Notes: generated by a model not told the origin, from the letters alone. A DNA stretch of 64,000 nucleotides from Eledone cirrhosa (GCA_964016885.1 OZ024740.1:162130001-162194000), one strand, 5' to 3'. Positions 1-12,610 are shown, counted from the first letter of the stretch. Translations and numbers: made by a program.

Positions 1-1256
1 TGTGGTTATAGTGTGACCTACAGACCCAGATGCCTTCAGCATCTCGGCAGCTATACCCGATGGACCGGTTGCCTTCCCCATCTTCATATCTCTGATTGCC
101 TTACTACGCTGCCGCTGACTTGTACTGCTGGTCCCTCTATAGGGTCTACTTGGGGTAGGGTCTCTTCTTCCCATGCATTCTCCTCATTTAGTAATCTATC
201 ATAATGACTCTTCCATGCATCTTTCTTCTCAGCACTTGTGAGGGCAAGCTCACCTTTATCATTCCGGATACACTTCTCTCCAATGACATCACAACTATCT
301 CTGACACACTGCCTCGCAATCTTGAATACCTCCTGTTTCTGGTCCTCACGTTGTAAAACATGCTTGAATTTTCTATCCTCTGCTTCCCTCCTAGCTAAGT
401 ATACTTGTCGCCTAGCTTCCCTCTTGGTCTCTATGTAATGTACCCTGCTCCCCCCGTTCTTCCATTCTTTCCATGCCTGTCTCTTGGCCTTGACTGCTTC
501 ATCTACCTTATTGTTCCACCACCAAGTCACTCTCCTCCTGCTTGAGGTCTTACTCCAGCCACAGACCTCGTCCGTCGCCTCTAGTAAATTATTTTTTAGG
601 AACTCCCAGTTCTCTTCTACATTAAATGTCTCTATCTGTTCTTCTTTACTGTCGTAGGCGTTGAGTAAAATATCTTTAAATCTGTTACTGGTTGAGGGGA
701 CTTTCAGCTTCCAGATCTTTCTTCTCCAGGTTGGCCTCTGTTTCAGGGCTCGTCTAGATCTGACCGTGAGGTCGCTGACAACTAAGCTATGTTGGGATGT
801 ACATTCCTCACTAGGGAAGGCTTTTGTGTTTACGACCGTCCATCTGTCACGTCCTCTGATGAGGATAAAATCTAACTGACTAGAGTGCTCCCCTGATCTA
901 TAGGTGATCAGGTGGTTGTCGGGTTTTTTAAAGTTTGTGTTACATATCGACATGTCATTGGCGTCGCAGAATTCTAGAAGTCTGAATCCTTCCTCATTCC
1001 TTGTGCCAACTCCATGGCCTCCATGTACTCTATTGAAGCCGTCGCAGTGTTTACCTACGTGTCCGTTAAAATCTCCTGCGATGATTAGGAAGTCCTTGTC
1101 GTCTGTTAGAGCAGTAGTGTGTATTAGGGACTCGTAAAACCTATCCTTAAGTTCGTCTGGCAGCCCCGATTGGGGTGCGTAAGCTGATATTATTGTGGTA
1201 ATTGTCTTAATCAGGACTAGTCTAAGTTTAATGATTCTTGCATTTACCCTGTACAC
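1..1256 (-). mobile_element. RTE-clade non-LTR retrotransposon fragment (APE endonuclease, linker, start of RT); 5'-truncated at a (TA)n tract and running off the window edge
   Basis: ORF 84-1256 has APE motifs AYAPQ, IAGDFNGHVG, TY..G..SQLDFIL and SQHSLV. After a frameshift near 90 another frame reads MKMGKATGPSGIAAEMLK, resembling the K(A/S)PGPDG motif that precedes RT. Confidence 0.92.
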
Positions 1257-1258
1257 TG

Positions 1259-1348
<90 letters not shown>

Positions 1349-1349
1349 C

Positions 1350-1402
<53 letters not shown>

Positions 1403-1489
1403 TATATGTATATATATATAATATATAAATATATATATATATATACTATATGTATATATATATAAATATATATATATATATACTATATG

Positions 1490-1520
<31 letters not shown>
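1257..1520. repeat. (TA)n microsatellite with TACTATATGTA variant units
   Basis: Direct reading. Confidence 0.95.
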
Positions 1521-1521
<1 letters not shown>

Positions 1522-1992
1522 CGGAAAAAATGAAACGAAATATCATTTCCCACTCTCAGTACGACTGTTACTTAAATATAAGTATGTATACGTACATTCA
1601 TATATGTATACAGACGTACAGTAGTATGTATATATATATATATACATACATGCACACACATATATATATATGTACGTATGGATTCACCGAACATTTATTA
1701 TAATGCTCAGTGCGTTGGTAAACAAACATCCCGTATTAAGCCGTAGTGTCTAGCAACCATCGTTGCTCGTTTGTTCAACACTGACAAAGGAACGCTGTAC
1801 TAGTTTCAAGCTTATTAGCTATCGTCAGCAACGTATACCTTCCTGCCAGATGATTGAACGCATGAAAGTATATACTTTCCTTATGCATATTAACGGCTGA
1901 GCAGCCTAATTTGCATATCGAGTGGGTTAATCGGCCGGGTGCACCGAAAAGGATAAACGGAAAAAATGAAACGAAATTTCATTCCCCACTCT
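1521..1992 (-). mobile_element. Retrozyme/pLTR-like unit bounded by 36-bp direct repeats, containing one HHR
   Basis: acggaaaaaatgaaacgaaat..cactct at 1521-1556 and 1957-1992. A homologue of 1521-1628 lies in reverse orientation at about 12782-12892. Confidence 0.6.
1793..1833 (-). ncRNA. Minimal type I hammerhead ribozyme
   Basis: Minus strand: cgttg CUGACGA u agcu-aaua-agcu u GAAAC UA GUA cagcg. Stem I is cguug/cagcg; stem III is the palindrome ACUAGU. Confidence 0.8.
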
Positions 1993-2184
1993 ATATATAT
2001 ATATACTATATGTATAATATGTTGAGAAGGTAACACACCAGAGAGAGATATATAGTGCGTTATCAATAATACAGGGAAAAAACCACCAGTGTATGGAATC
2101 TATAACCTATGAAAGGCAGACTATAGACACGATAATTAAAAATATAAATTAAAGCGTAAATAAATACCTTTATAACTATATAAA

Positions 2185-2263
2185 ACACGTACAAGTCCAA
2201 AGATATGTTTCACCAAAAAATTTGTTGAAAGAAATGGTCTAGTCTCGGTTCATCAGCGTGTGT
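2185..2263 (-). ncRNA. Type I hammerhead ribozyme (left-arm copy, GUA site)
   Basis: Reverse complement of 2492-2572 with a few substitutions. Confidence 0.75.
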
Positions 2264-2491
2264 AAGGCCATACATTTCAGACAACACTAAGAGAATTTTA
2301 CAATTGACTGTCCAGCTACACGTGGGAGAGAGAAGTCACAGAGTTTTTAAGGGCAGTGAACCAGTGGCCTCTGAGAGACGAACTGCTAGAAAGGGCAGTT
2401 CGTCTCTCAGACGCTGTGACTTCTCTCTCCCACGTGCAGCTGGACAGTCAATTGTAAAATTCTCTTAGTGTTGTCTGAAATGTATGGCCTT

Positions 2492-2572
2492 ACACACGCT
2501 GATGAACCGAGACTAGACCATTTCTTTCAACAAATTTTTTGGTGAAACATATCTTTGGATTTGTCCGTGTGT
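2492..2572 (+). ncRNA. Type I hammerhead ribozyme (GUC site, predicted cleavage after 2565)
   Basis: acacacg CUGAUGA accga..uuggu GAAA cauauc-uuug-gauuug UC cgugugu; 7-bp perfect stem I. Confidence 0.88.
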
Positions 2573-2821
2573 TTTATAGTTATAAAGGTATTTATTTACG
2601 CTTTAATTTATATTTTTAATTATCGTGTCTATAGTCTGCCTTTCATAGGTTATAGATTCCATACACTGGTGGTTTTTTCCCTGTATTATTGATAACGCAC
2701 TATATATCTCTCTCTGGTGTGTTACCTTCTCAACATATTATATTTTAAAGGGCTCAGGATCTCTTCCCCTTTGAGCACATTACAGGGAATAACCACGGCC
2801 TATGCCTCCGTTAATTTATCG

Positions 2822-2856
2822 TACTATATGTATATGTATATATATATATATATACC

Positions 2857-2898
<42 letters not shown>

Positions 2899-2956
2899 TA
2901 TATGTATATATATACTATATGTATATATATATATATATGTATATATATACTATATG

Positions 2957-2988
<32 letters not shown>

Positions 2989-3419
2989 CTATATGTATAT
3001 GTATATATATATTTATACTATATGTATATATATACTATATGTATATATATATATATTTATGCTATATGTATATATATACTATATGTATATATATATATAT
3101 TTATGCTATATGTATATATATATTTATACTATATGTATATATATATTTATACTATATGTATATATATATTTATACTATATGTATATATATATACTATATG
3201 TATATATACTGTATGTATATATACTATATATATATATACTATATATATATATACTATATATATATATACTATATATATATATATACTATATATATATATA
3301 TACTATATATATATATATACTATATATATATATATACTATATATATATATATACTATATATATATATATACTATATATATATATATACTATATATATATA
3401 TATACTATATATATATATA

Positions 3420-3511
<92 letters not shown>

Positions 3512-4004
3512 TATATATATATATATACTATATATATATATATACTATATATATATATACTATATATATATATATACTATATATATATATACTATATATA
3601 TATATATACTATATATATATATATACTATATATATATACTATATATATATATACTATATATATATATACTATATATATACTATATATATATACTATATAT
3701 ATACTATATATATATATATACTATATATATACTATATATATATATATATACTATATATATATATACTATATATATACTATATATACATATATATACTATA
3801 TATATATATATATACTATATGTATATATATATATACTATATGTATATATATTTACTATATGTATATATATTTACTATATGTATATATATATACTATATGT
3901 ATATATATATACTATATGTATATATATATACTATATGTATATATATATATACTATATGTATATATGTATATATATATATACTATATGTATATATATATAT
4001 ATAT
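2822..4004. repeat. Complex (TA)n / TACTATA(TG) satellite
   Basis: Direct reading. Confidence 0.95.
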
Positions 4005-4310
4005 CACATGGCTTAGTGGTTAGAGCATTGGCCTTGCAATTGAAAGGTTGTGAGTTCAATTCTCAGACCGGGTGATGTGTTGTTTCCTTGAGCAAGACAC
4101 TTTATTTCACATTGCTCCAGTTTACTCAGCTGATAGGGACTGGGATCCCTATCATTCCACTGCAAAGTGGTCGTGGAGGTGCCACGGCAAAAAAGCGCCC
4201 TGCACTCACTGTAAATGAGGTTGGTGTTAGAAAGGGCATCCAGCATCAGTTCCCGTCCCACCCTTGCAAGCAGGGAAAAAGCGGACGTAAAATGAAATGA
4301 TGATGATGAT
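4005..4310 (+). mobile_element. tRNA-derived SINE family A (CORE-like centre, RTE-like tail)
   Basis: A box tggcttagtgg, B box gagttcaattc, CORE-like ccttgagcaagacactt..cagtttactcagctg. The tail is shared with the RTE 3'UTR at 33750-34150 and ends in (GAT)n. Confidence 0.9.
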
Positions 4311-4363
4311 ATGTAGAGAGAGGGATGTGCATATATATATATATATATACTATATACTACATG

Positions 4364-4396
<33 letters not shown>

Positions 4397-4399
<3 letters not shown>

Positions 4400-5020
4400 A
4401 AAATTGAACGGGAACAAAACAGAGAGGCAGTACGAACAAATGTTTAATAGTTTCACGCTCTTGAGTGGGGTGGTGGTGGGGGACGACGTTTCGGGCATAA
4501 GCCCTTCTTTAGGCGAAAAGTGTGTGGGAAGAGAGTTCCAAGGGTGTGTAGGGGAGTAGGGGAGAGACATTTAGAAGAAAGAGGGTGAGAGGAAACGGTA
4601 CAAATGAAAATAAATATAAAAGCAAAATAAACATATATATATGTGTATATATATAATTGATGAATGCAACAAAACAAACAAGGATGCAAAAAGGTAAAGT
4701 CTTAAGGTTCAGGATTAGAGGAAGTAGTGGTGGGTTCGACGTTCGGACAGAAGTCCTTCGTCAGCAAAATTCGGATAGGGAGAGAACAGGTAGGTACATG
4801 AAAGTTGTGTGAAAGTTGATAAGTTGTGGGTATAGTAGGTGAGAGGTCCGGCATTCAGGGGTGAGGGTCGAAGAAGGGGGAATGCCATAGTAAATGAGAT
4901 TGTTCGTAAGGTTGTTGCAGGGGGAGTGACGGGGAGCGAAGGTAGATTGGCTGGTGAGGTGGTTCGTGCTGTGGTCGACGGGGGTTGGTGTGATCCGTTA
5001 GTAAAACGAGTAGCAATGTC
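4397..5020 (-). mobile_element. Degenerate PLE pLTR-like sequence with two decayed minimal HHR motifs (4482-4516, 4735-4768)
   Basis: Minus strand: cuaaaga a gggc-uuau-gccc GAAACGUC and CUGACGA a ggac-uucu-gucc GAA(-)CGUC. A homologue lies at 25470-25680. Confidence 0.5.
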
Positions 5021-5229
5021 ATATATATATATACACAAACGTATATATATATACATGTAAATATATACATATATATTTATACACATATATACATATATAT
5101 GTATATATATATATATACACATATATACATATATATATATACATATATATATATATACAAATATATATATACACACACATATATATATACACATATATAC
5201 ATATATATATATGTGTATATATATATATG

Positions 5230-5301
<72 letters not shown>

Positions 5302-5305
5302 TATG

Positions 5306-5380
<75 letters not shown>

Positions 5381-5894
5381 GTATATATATGTATATATAT
5401 ATATATATATGTATATATATGTATGTATATATATATACAAATATATATATACACACATATATATATATACAAATATATATATACACATATATATATATAT
5501 ACAAATATATATATATACAAATATATATATACACATATATATATATACAGATATATATACACACATATATACATATATACACATATATATACACACATAT
5601 ATATACATATATACACATATATATACATATATATATATACATATATATATACACACATATATATACATATATATATACACACGTATATATATATACATAT
5701 ATATATACACACATATACATATATACACATATATACATATACATATACACACATATATATATATACATATATATACACATATATATATATATATATATAC
5801 ATATATATACATATATATATATACATATATATATACATATATATATATACATATATACACATATATACATACATATATATATATATATATACAT
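5021..5894. repeat. Complex (TA)n/(TACA)n microsatellite
   Basis: Direct reading. Confidence 0.95.
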
Positions 5895-6092
5895 ATTGTT
5901 ATACTTGGGGAGGGTCATATTTGTGTAATATTGCCAGAATTAATAACAGAACACACTCACTGTTTGGTTGGATTTCGCTTGTGTCTTTTATATCGGCAAT
6001 CTAATTTATTCGGTCCTCAATGTTGCCATTGACTGACCGACGGTCAAAAATAATACAGATACAATATAGACACAGACACATATATATAGTTT

Positions 6093-6135
6093 ATCAAAGT
6101 TCTTTCGTTGCACATCTGCAACATCGTCAGTGGTC
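6093..6135 (-). ncRNA. Minimal HHR in the PLE 3'UTR (stem I eroded)
   Basis: Minus strand: CUGACGA u guugca-gaug-ugcaac GAAAGAACUU ugau. Confidence 0.65.
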
Positions 6136-6348
6136 CTATTGTTTCCTCCCGTTACATTGTATCTCTACGCCATTTTTATTTAGTCTGTCTATATATTTAT
6201 TTATTTATTTGTTTGTTTATTTTATTTTGTCTTCTTTGCGCATGCGTTTGCGTGTGTGTATAGTGTTTTGTTTGATGTGTGTTCGTGATTGGGTGACTAG
6301 TGTGTGTTTATGTGTGTTTGTTGTTATTGTGCTTGTGTATGTATTTAT

Positions 6349-7237
6349 TTATACTTCTCTTAGGTCAGTGTTGTTTGTTTGGGTGTTGTTATTCCATTCA
6401 TTCTTTCTGTTTAGTCTTGGCCTTCTAAGTTCTATTTCACTGGCCTCTCTCATTTGCCTATCTGCTGGGTCATTTCTATGTTTAGATATTATTCTAATTT
6501 CTATGTTGTCTATGTTACCGTCGTGTTGTTGTCTGGCATGTTCGTATAGTACTGACCCGTTTTTTCGTCCTTTTAGTTCCCCCCAGTGCTGGTCTATCCT
6601 TTCACCTATTCTTCGAGCTGTCTCGCCTATGTATGTTGTTGTCATGTTTCTGCAAGTACCCTCTGTACATCTTATGCTATAGACTACGTTTCTAGTTTTA
6701 CAGTTTATCCGGGGGTTTACCTTACATATGATACATTTTCTATTAGTACAGTGGGTTTTCTTAAAAGGGTAGGTTTTGCTGATCAGGGATTTTATGGTGG
6801 TTCCTGGCTTTTCTACCACCTTAATCTTTAAGTGGGTCTTTCTCAGGGCCTTTCTACACTGGTTCGCTAATTTCCCTCCAGGGGTAGCGTCCACAAGCAT
6901 GACACTCTGGAATCTCTGGTTGTCGTACCATGAGGTGGCTTTCCCTATCTTATGTCTAGCCCTATCTAAGCTATTCCATGATTTACTCCTGTATAATGGG
7001 CAAATTCCTTTCATGTCCATTTCTATGAGTCTTATACTTCTCCATGGCTCCGTCTCTTTGGTTGTAGCCAGAGAACTGCATGCGGTTGATGAAGTGTTGG
7101 ATGTGTCTTTCCATTTCTGTTGGGTCGCACATGCGGGACACATTCTTCATCACTCGTACCAAATCTGCGATCAGAATATTAAACTTAGCACTACTGGACA
7201 TTGCTGAGTTTTTGAGTATCAGGTATTTGGAGGCCAT
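6349..7237 (-). pseudogene. PLE RT thumb, Cys-rich linker and GIY-YIG endonuclease (frameshifted)
   Basis: CTNRKCIIC..NCKTRNVVYSIRC..C...YIGETARRIGERIDQH...REASEI...LN. A Cys-rich linker before a C-terminal GIY-YIG is Neptune-like (clade inferred). Confidence 0.9.
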
Positions 7238-8643
7238 GGGTTTAGCATAGTGTGAGTGGAGAATTTGGGCTCTCTCGTCTATAGTGTTAATCCAGAGTTC
7301 CGTGTCTAATACAGGTAGTCTATTGTTAGGGTGTTTGGAAGGGAAGTCGATAGTTAGTTATACTCTGGTGTATGGAATTAGCTATCTGCTGGATGCTTTC
7401 CATTGTGCTACGTTCTAAATCAAACTTGTTAGTGCTCTCTAGTGGGGATGTTCTTATAACTATATTGATATCGTCTACGTAACGAGAGTACATGATGAGG
7501 TCTATGGACCTCTCATTAAGGAGATCTTTAAGTCTCCTCTCCCACCATACCATGAAAAGGTTGGCAACATCACCAGCTATGCTGAGGCCAATGGCTGCTC
7601 CCTCATTTTGGGTGTAGATCTTCTCGTTGAACTTGAATATGTGGCCCTTTAGGGTAGTTTTGATACTAGCCCCTATTGCATGTGCGACCATTTTTCTTAC
7701 CTGATCATTGTTTTGGGAGGTCCGTATAGCTTTGGTCCACCCAATCCACCTTCCCATGGGAGTCTTTTTTGCCATTGATGTTATGGTGGGGGGTCTACCT
7801 CTTATGGGTCTACTAGGGCAGAAACGTCTAAGGTCATGACTGTCTAGGTAGTCAGTGTCGTAGGTAAGTCTAAGTAGGAGGCCAAGTTCGTGTGTCGACG
7901 TCGCAGAACTCCACCTCACTCTCAATGATCATCTCCACACATTTTTCCACAGCAAAATCAATGTTAATGGATGGGTACAGTGATACCATGCTGCCTTTTA
8001 CGCAGTTGGATAGGTTCCTGTTTTTGTTGCACTCACTGATTCTGCTGAGGAGGTCCTCCGTACTGTCACATACATCTGGGGACATCTTGATTATGGGGCG
8101 TATAACCATTGAGAGGAAGTAGGAGATCCTGTAGTTGCTAGGTCTTGTTGGTGGTCCTGTTGTCGGATCGTCGACTGTCTTGTGGTCTATGCGGAGCCCA
8201 TACAAGGGTGGTATGCCATTGTTAGACGCCTGGAAGTTGTTGGCAGTGCGTCTGCTTGGCTTTAGGATGTCAGTCCACATCATCATGTGAGCGTTGAGGA
8301 TTTCCTCTCTCCCATCATGTGTTTGCTGTGCAATTTCGCTCGTGTTTGTGATGTGGGGTTGCATAGCCTTGATGTAGTTCGGCATGCTATCTATTGACAT
8401 CCTACCAGACTTATCTGTGGGTAGACATACTACCTCACCATCCCTTGTGCGCTGCTTGAGGCTAACCAAGCCTTCTACAGGTTTCCACCCAAGTTGTTGG
8501 GCCTCTGGTCTGCTCTGTCTCTTAGTATACCGGTCTACTATTTGTCTAATCTTATTTCTAGCTATGGTGAACTGTGCCTCTGTCTCGTCATCTATTTGTT
8601 GTGGTATGCAAACTCTTTTGTTAAAGGGTAACCTCGTAGGATA
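7238..8643 (-). pseudogene. PLE reverse transcriptase core (frameshifted)
   Basis: [30 protein letters not shown] (motif A damaged), YTQNEGAAIG..IAGDVANLFM (motif B), YSRYVDDI (motif C). Confidence 0.92.
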
Positions 8644-8662
8644 GATATACATATATATACAT

Positions 8663-8695
<33 letters not shown>

Positions 8696-8706
8696 TATAT
8701 ATATAC

Positions 8707-8737
<31 letters not shown>

Positions 8738-8959
8738 CATACATATATATACATATATATATATATACATATATATACATATATATATATATACACATAT
8801 ATATTACATATATATATACATATATATATATATACATATATATACATATACATATATATACATATATATATATATATACATATGTACATATATATATATA
8901 TACATATATATATACATATATACATATATATATACATATATATATACATATATATATAC

Positions 8960-9006
<47 letters not shown>

Positions 9007-9098
9007 CATATATATACACATACATACATATATATATATATACATATATATACATATATATACACATACATACATATATACATATATATATATATACA

Positions 9099-9139
<41 letters not shown>

Positions 9140-9172
9140 GTATGTATGTGTATATATATGTATATATATATG

Positions 9173-9219
<47 letters not shown>

Positions 9220-9221
9220 GT

Positions 9222-9258
<37 letters not shown>

Positions 9259-9263
9259 TATAC

Positions 9264-9296
<33 letters not shown>

Positions 9297-9297
9297 C

Positions 9298-9342
<45 letters not shown>

Positions 9343-9343
9343 C

Positions 9344-9436
<93 letters not shown>

Positions 9437-9490
9437 CAAACACATAATATATATATACATATACAAACACATAATATATATATATATATA
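8644..9490. repeat. Complex (TA)n/(TACA)n microsatellite
   Basis: Direct reading. Confidence 0.95.
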
Positions 9491-9713
9491 AATATGACCT
9501 TGACCGACCAGTCTGTCGAGCGCCAACCGTCGTGCTGTTTTAGCCATCCCACTGGCTGGGCGGGCAGGCCGGTACTCATTTCTACAGCTGAGTAAACTGG
9601 AGCAACGTGAAATAAAGTGTCTTGCTCAAGGAAACAACACATCACCCGGTCCGAGAATTGAACTCACAACCTTTCGATTGCAAGCCCAATGCTTTAACCA
9701 CAAACCCATGCGC
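9491..9713 (-). mobile_element. tRNA/CORE-like SINE with a family-A head and a different GC-rich tail ending in (TA)n
   Basis: Head matches family A through cagctgtagaaatgag, followed by an unrelated tail of about 85 nt. Confidence 0.8.
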
Positions 9714-9788
<75 letters not shown>

Positions 9789-9791
<3 letters not shown>

Positions 9792-10121
9792 GGAAAAAAG
9801 ATGAAATCGAAAATGCAACTGTAGTCTTTTATTTTTTTAAATAACCATATATTTATCTAGTTCCTTTACCGGTTTCGCAGTTCTTCTGCTTTTCAAGTTG
9901 AGATGGAGGGTCTGTGGTTTTTCTCACACCAGATGTGAGAAAAACCACAGACTCTCCATTTGAACTCTACTTTTGAAAAGCAGAAGAACTGCGAAACCGG
10001 TAAAGGAACCAAATAAATATATATATTTTTAAAAAGTCTCCAGTTGCATTTTCGATTTCATCTTTTTTCCTTATACTTTCACTCGTGCAGGACACCTCGG
10101 TTGTTTTTCATTTTGTAAAAA
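9789..10121 (+). mobile_element. Fold-back HHR element (arms about 9789-9929 and 9934-10073)
   Basis: Inverted repeat centred near 9931; a single-arm homologue lies at 31776-31971 (minus). Confidence 0.85.
9970..10006 (+). ncRNA. Minimal HHR, U3-A8 core variant (mirror copy 9863-9897 minus)
   Basis: cuu UUGAAAA gcag-aagaa-cugc GAAAC CG GUA aag. Confidence 0.7.
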
Positions 10122-10122
10122 A

Positions 10123-10290
10123 TCGTGTGGTTGTGATTTCGATTCCCAGACCGAGCGATGTGTTATGTTCTTGAGCAAGACACTTTGTTTCCTACTACCT
10201 GGAGTTGCGACCGATAGATAGTATTAGCAATTGGAAAGACCAATGGAAACATTGTTTCCTCGGTCCGATTTGACGAAAGTCGATCGTTCC
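10123..10290 (+). mobile_element. SINE family B, 5'-truncated (structured tail ending in TA)
   Basis: Inverted near-identical partner at 10649-10866; third copy at 23517-23733. Confidence 0.85.
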
Positions 10291-10408
10291 TATATATATA
10301 TATATATATATATATATTAACATACCTTGATTACCTTGATTAAAATACCTTGACTACCTTGATTAAATCTTAACCATTTAACATCTCAGGGTATGTCATG
10401 AATCATTA

Positions 10409-10463
10409 TATTTTGTCTGATGAGGACGTACTGTTGTACATCCGAAATATGCATAATAAAATG
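10409..10463 (+). ncRNA. Minimal HHR, TATTTT(A/G)T family
   Basis: uauuuugu CUGAUGA ggacguac-uguu-guacaucc GAAA uaugca UA auaaaaug. Confidence 0.8.
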
Positions 10464-10601
10464 TAATTGATCAAAAGAACATCTATTTTATTAATACTTA
10501 TATTTTAATATTAATAACTCCAGAAAATTATTTTTCTTTGAGTGCTTCCAATCTACTGTAAAACTCATTCTTTGACATAATCATTGAATATCGTTTAACA
10601 C

Positions 10602-10648
<47 letters not shown>

Positions 10649-10650
<2 letters not shown>

Positions 10651-10866
10651 AACGATCGACTTTCGTCAAATCGGACCGAGGAAACAATGTTTCCATTGGT
10701 CTTTCCAATTGCTAATACTATCTATCGGTCGCAACTCCAGGTAGTAGGAGTACCGTGAAACAAAGTGTCTTGCTCAAGGACATAACACATCGCTCGGTCT
10801 GGGAATCGAAATCACAACCTCACGATTGTGAATCCAATTCTTTAACCACTCAAGCACACGCCTTCA
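10649..10866 (-). mobile_element. SINE family B (tRNA head, CORE-like segment, structured tail)
   Basis: A box-like gcttgagtgg, B box-like atttcgattcc, and ccttgagcaagacactt. Confidence 0.85.
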
Positions 10867-11002
10867 CCATTATACATATATATATATATATATACATACG
10901 TGTGTATATATATGTGTGTATACATGTATGTATATATATATATATATGTGTATATATGTATATCTATATATGTGTGTATATATATATATATATATGTGTG
11001 TA

Positions 11003-11043
<41 letters not shown>

Positions 11044-11076
11044 ATATATATGTGTGTGTATGTATATATATGTGTG

Positions 11077-11107
<31 letters not shown>

Positions 11108-11683
11108 GTACGTGTGTGTGTATATATATATATATATACACATATATATATATATATACATATATACACACACACATATATATATATATACATACATATA
11201 TACACACACACATCTATATATATATATATGAAACAAAAAAAAGGGGAAAGTATTAAAATTATATAATCAAATCCTTTAATGCTATTAATTAATTAACATT
11301 ATTATTTGAAAGTCGTCTTTCCGTGCCGCTTCTGTACAATGAGATCAGGTTTAAATACTTAACCATGCATAAAGAAAACCCCCGCTTAATTTGTATTAAA
11401 ATGAAACCAAATTCTGCTTCTCTACCTACCAGATCGCTCCAGTTAATATATATCATAACTATTGTTTTTATTATAATCACATTTTTCCACGAGTGACCCT
11501 CGGAAGTCTCCCCGCTGTTGCGAAATTTCCTTTTGTTTCCTTTTTTTGTTACTTACTTTGTTACTGCTTTTTTTTCTTTAAACGCAGAAAAAAATGCCCA
11601 TTTGTACCGTCCTGTGCTGTCCTTAATGTTATACTTTGTCAACCCTTGTGGTTAATAAAGAAATCATTATAATTACATGCAAG

Positions 11684-11963
11684 CAAGGGCCTTGTTTCAG
11701 GGGAGTACCAAGCGACAAGCCCCCCCCCCTCTTTTTCAAACGTCTATGTTTTATTATTTGTTTATTTGATATAATAAATTCTTTTTAAGCTTTTTTTTAT
11801 ATATCCGAACTTCATTTGAATATATCAAATTTAATAAGCGTAAAATGTTACTTATGTGATTAGGGTCCGGGAAAGGCACCATAAGCAATACTAACATGCT
11901 CCTTTAAGAATCAACAAATGTTAGATTGTCCCCCTCACATTTTAAAGGCAAACGAGGCCCCTG
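11684..11963. mobile_element. hAT-type MITE
   Basis: Imperfect TIR caagggccttgttt / aaacgaggcccctg; perfect 8-bp TSD CATGCAAG at 11676-11683 and 11964-11971. Confidence 0.8.
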
Positions 11964-12244
11964 CATGCAAGTATTGTAAAGTCAAACAAAATATCAGGTG
12001 ACCGATCCAGATGAACGAATTATGTCATTACATTCCAGTTGTTGGGTATCCATAGTTTACGGCGATGCGTGTCCCAGTTGTTCGAACAACGGCATGAAAT
12101 TTATGGATAAATATATAAATACTGCAGATATGTGCACACTTTAACATTCCCGTTAGGCATTATAATGAATTATTAGATAATCTTTAGAAAAGACATGCAG
12201 TAAAGGACATTGATGGTAGATGAAGCAATCCTGAAACACTACAG

Positions 12245-12610
12245 CTACTGAGATAGCTGTGATATGTGATTACAGTTTGAAACATTCATAGTGAGACTTA
12301 TATAAACATAAGTTATGTTGGTATCGCAGAAGATCCAGTCCACGCTGCAAAGTGGTGGTCGTGTAGGTGTCACGCCAAAAAGCACCCAGTCTACGCTGTA
12401 AAGTGGTCGTTTAGGAGACACGGTAAAAAGGCTCTCATTCCACACTGTAAATGTGGTTGGTGTTAGGAAGGGCATCCAGCCGTAGAAAACTTGCCAGATA
12501 CAGATCTATACGAGCGAGACACAGTCACCCGACCAATCTTGCCTCAAGTGGGACAATCCCGTCTAACCCATGCTAACAGGGAAGATAGACGTTAAACGAT
12601 GATGATGATA
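12245..12610 (+). mobile_element. Diverged RTE 3'UTR copy
   Basis: cacactgtaaatgtggttggtgttaggaagggcatccagc..gacgttaaacgatgatgatg. Confidence 0.8.

Larger units (their letters stand above)
2013..2821 (+). mobile_element. Fold-back (inverted repeat) HHR element; arms about 2013-2340 and 2415-2742, unique 3' extension to about 2821
   Basis: About 330-bp near-perfect inverted repeat with an inner 17-bp hairpin (tctgagagacgaactgc/gcagttcgtctctcaga), flanked by TA tracts. Confidence 0.85.
5895..8643 (-). mobile_element. Penelope-like retroelement, 5'-truncated and frameshifted, with TA tracts on both sides
   Basis: RT and GIY-YIG motifs across four ORF pieces, followed by a 3'UTR of about 450 nt that contains an HHR. 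Confidence 0.92.

Noticed and set aside
2013-2742. Fold-back islands as classical MITEs
   Set aside because: Arms are asymmetric, centres vary, single-arm copies exist in related families and they carry HHRs, which fits retro-insertion with inversion better than TIR transposons
4482-4768. Two minimal HHRs as active ribozymes
   Set aside because: One has CUAAAGA, the other lacks an A of GAAA, and stem I is not formed; kept only as relics
6020-6682. 220-aa hydrophobic plus-strand ORF
   Set aside because: Antisense shadow of the A-rich PLE endonuclease region and 3'UTR
8644-9645. N-terminal part of the 591-aa ORF 7870-9645
   Set aside because: Read-through of SINE and microsatellite; only 7870-8643 is PLE RT
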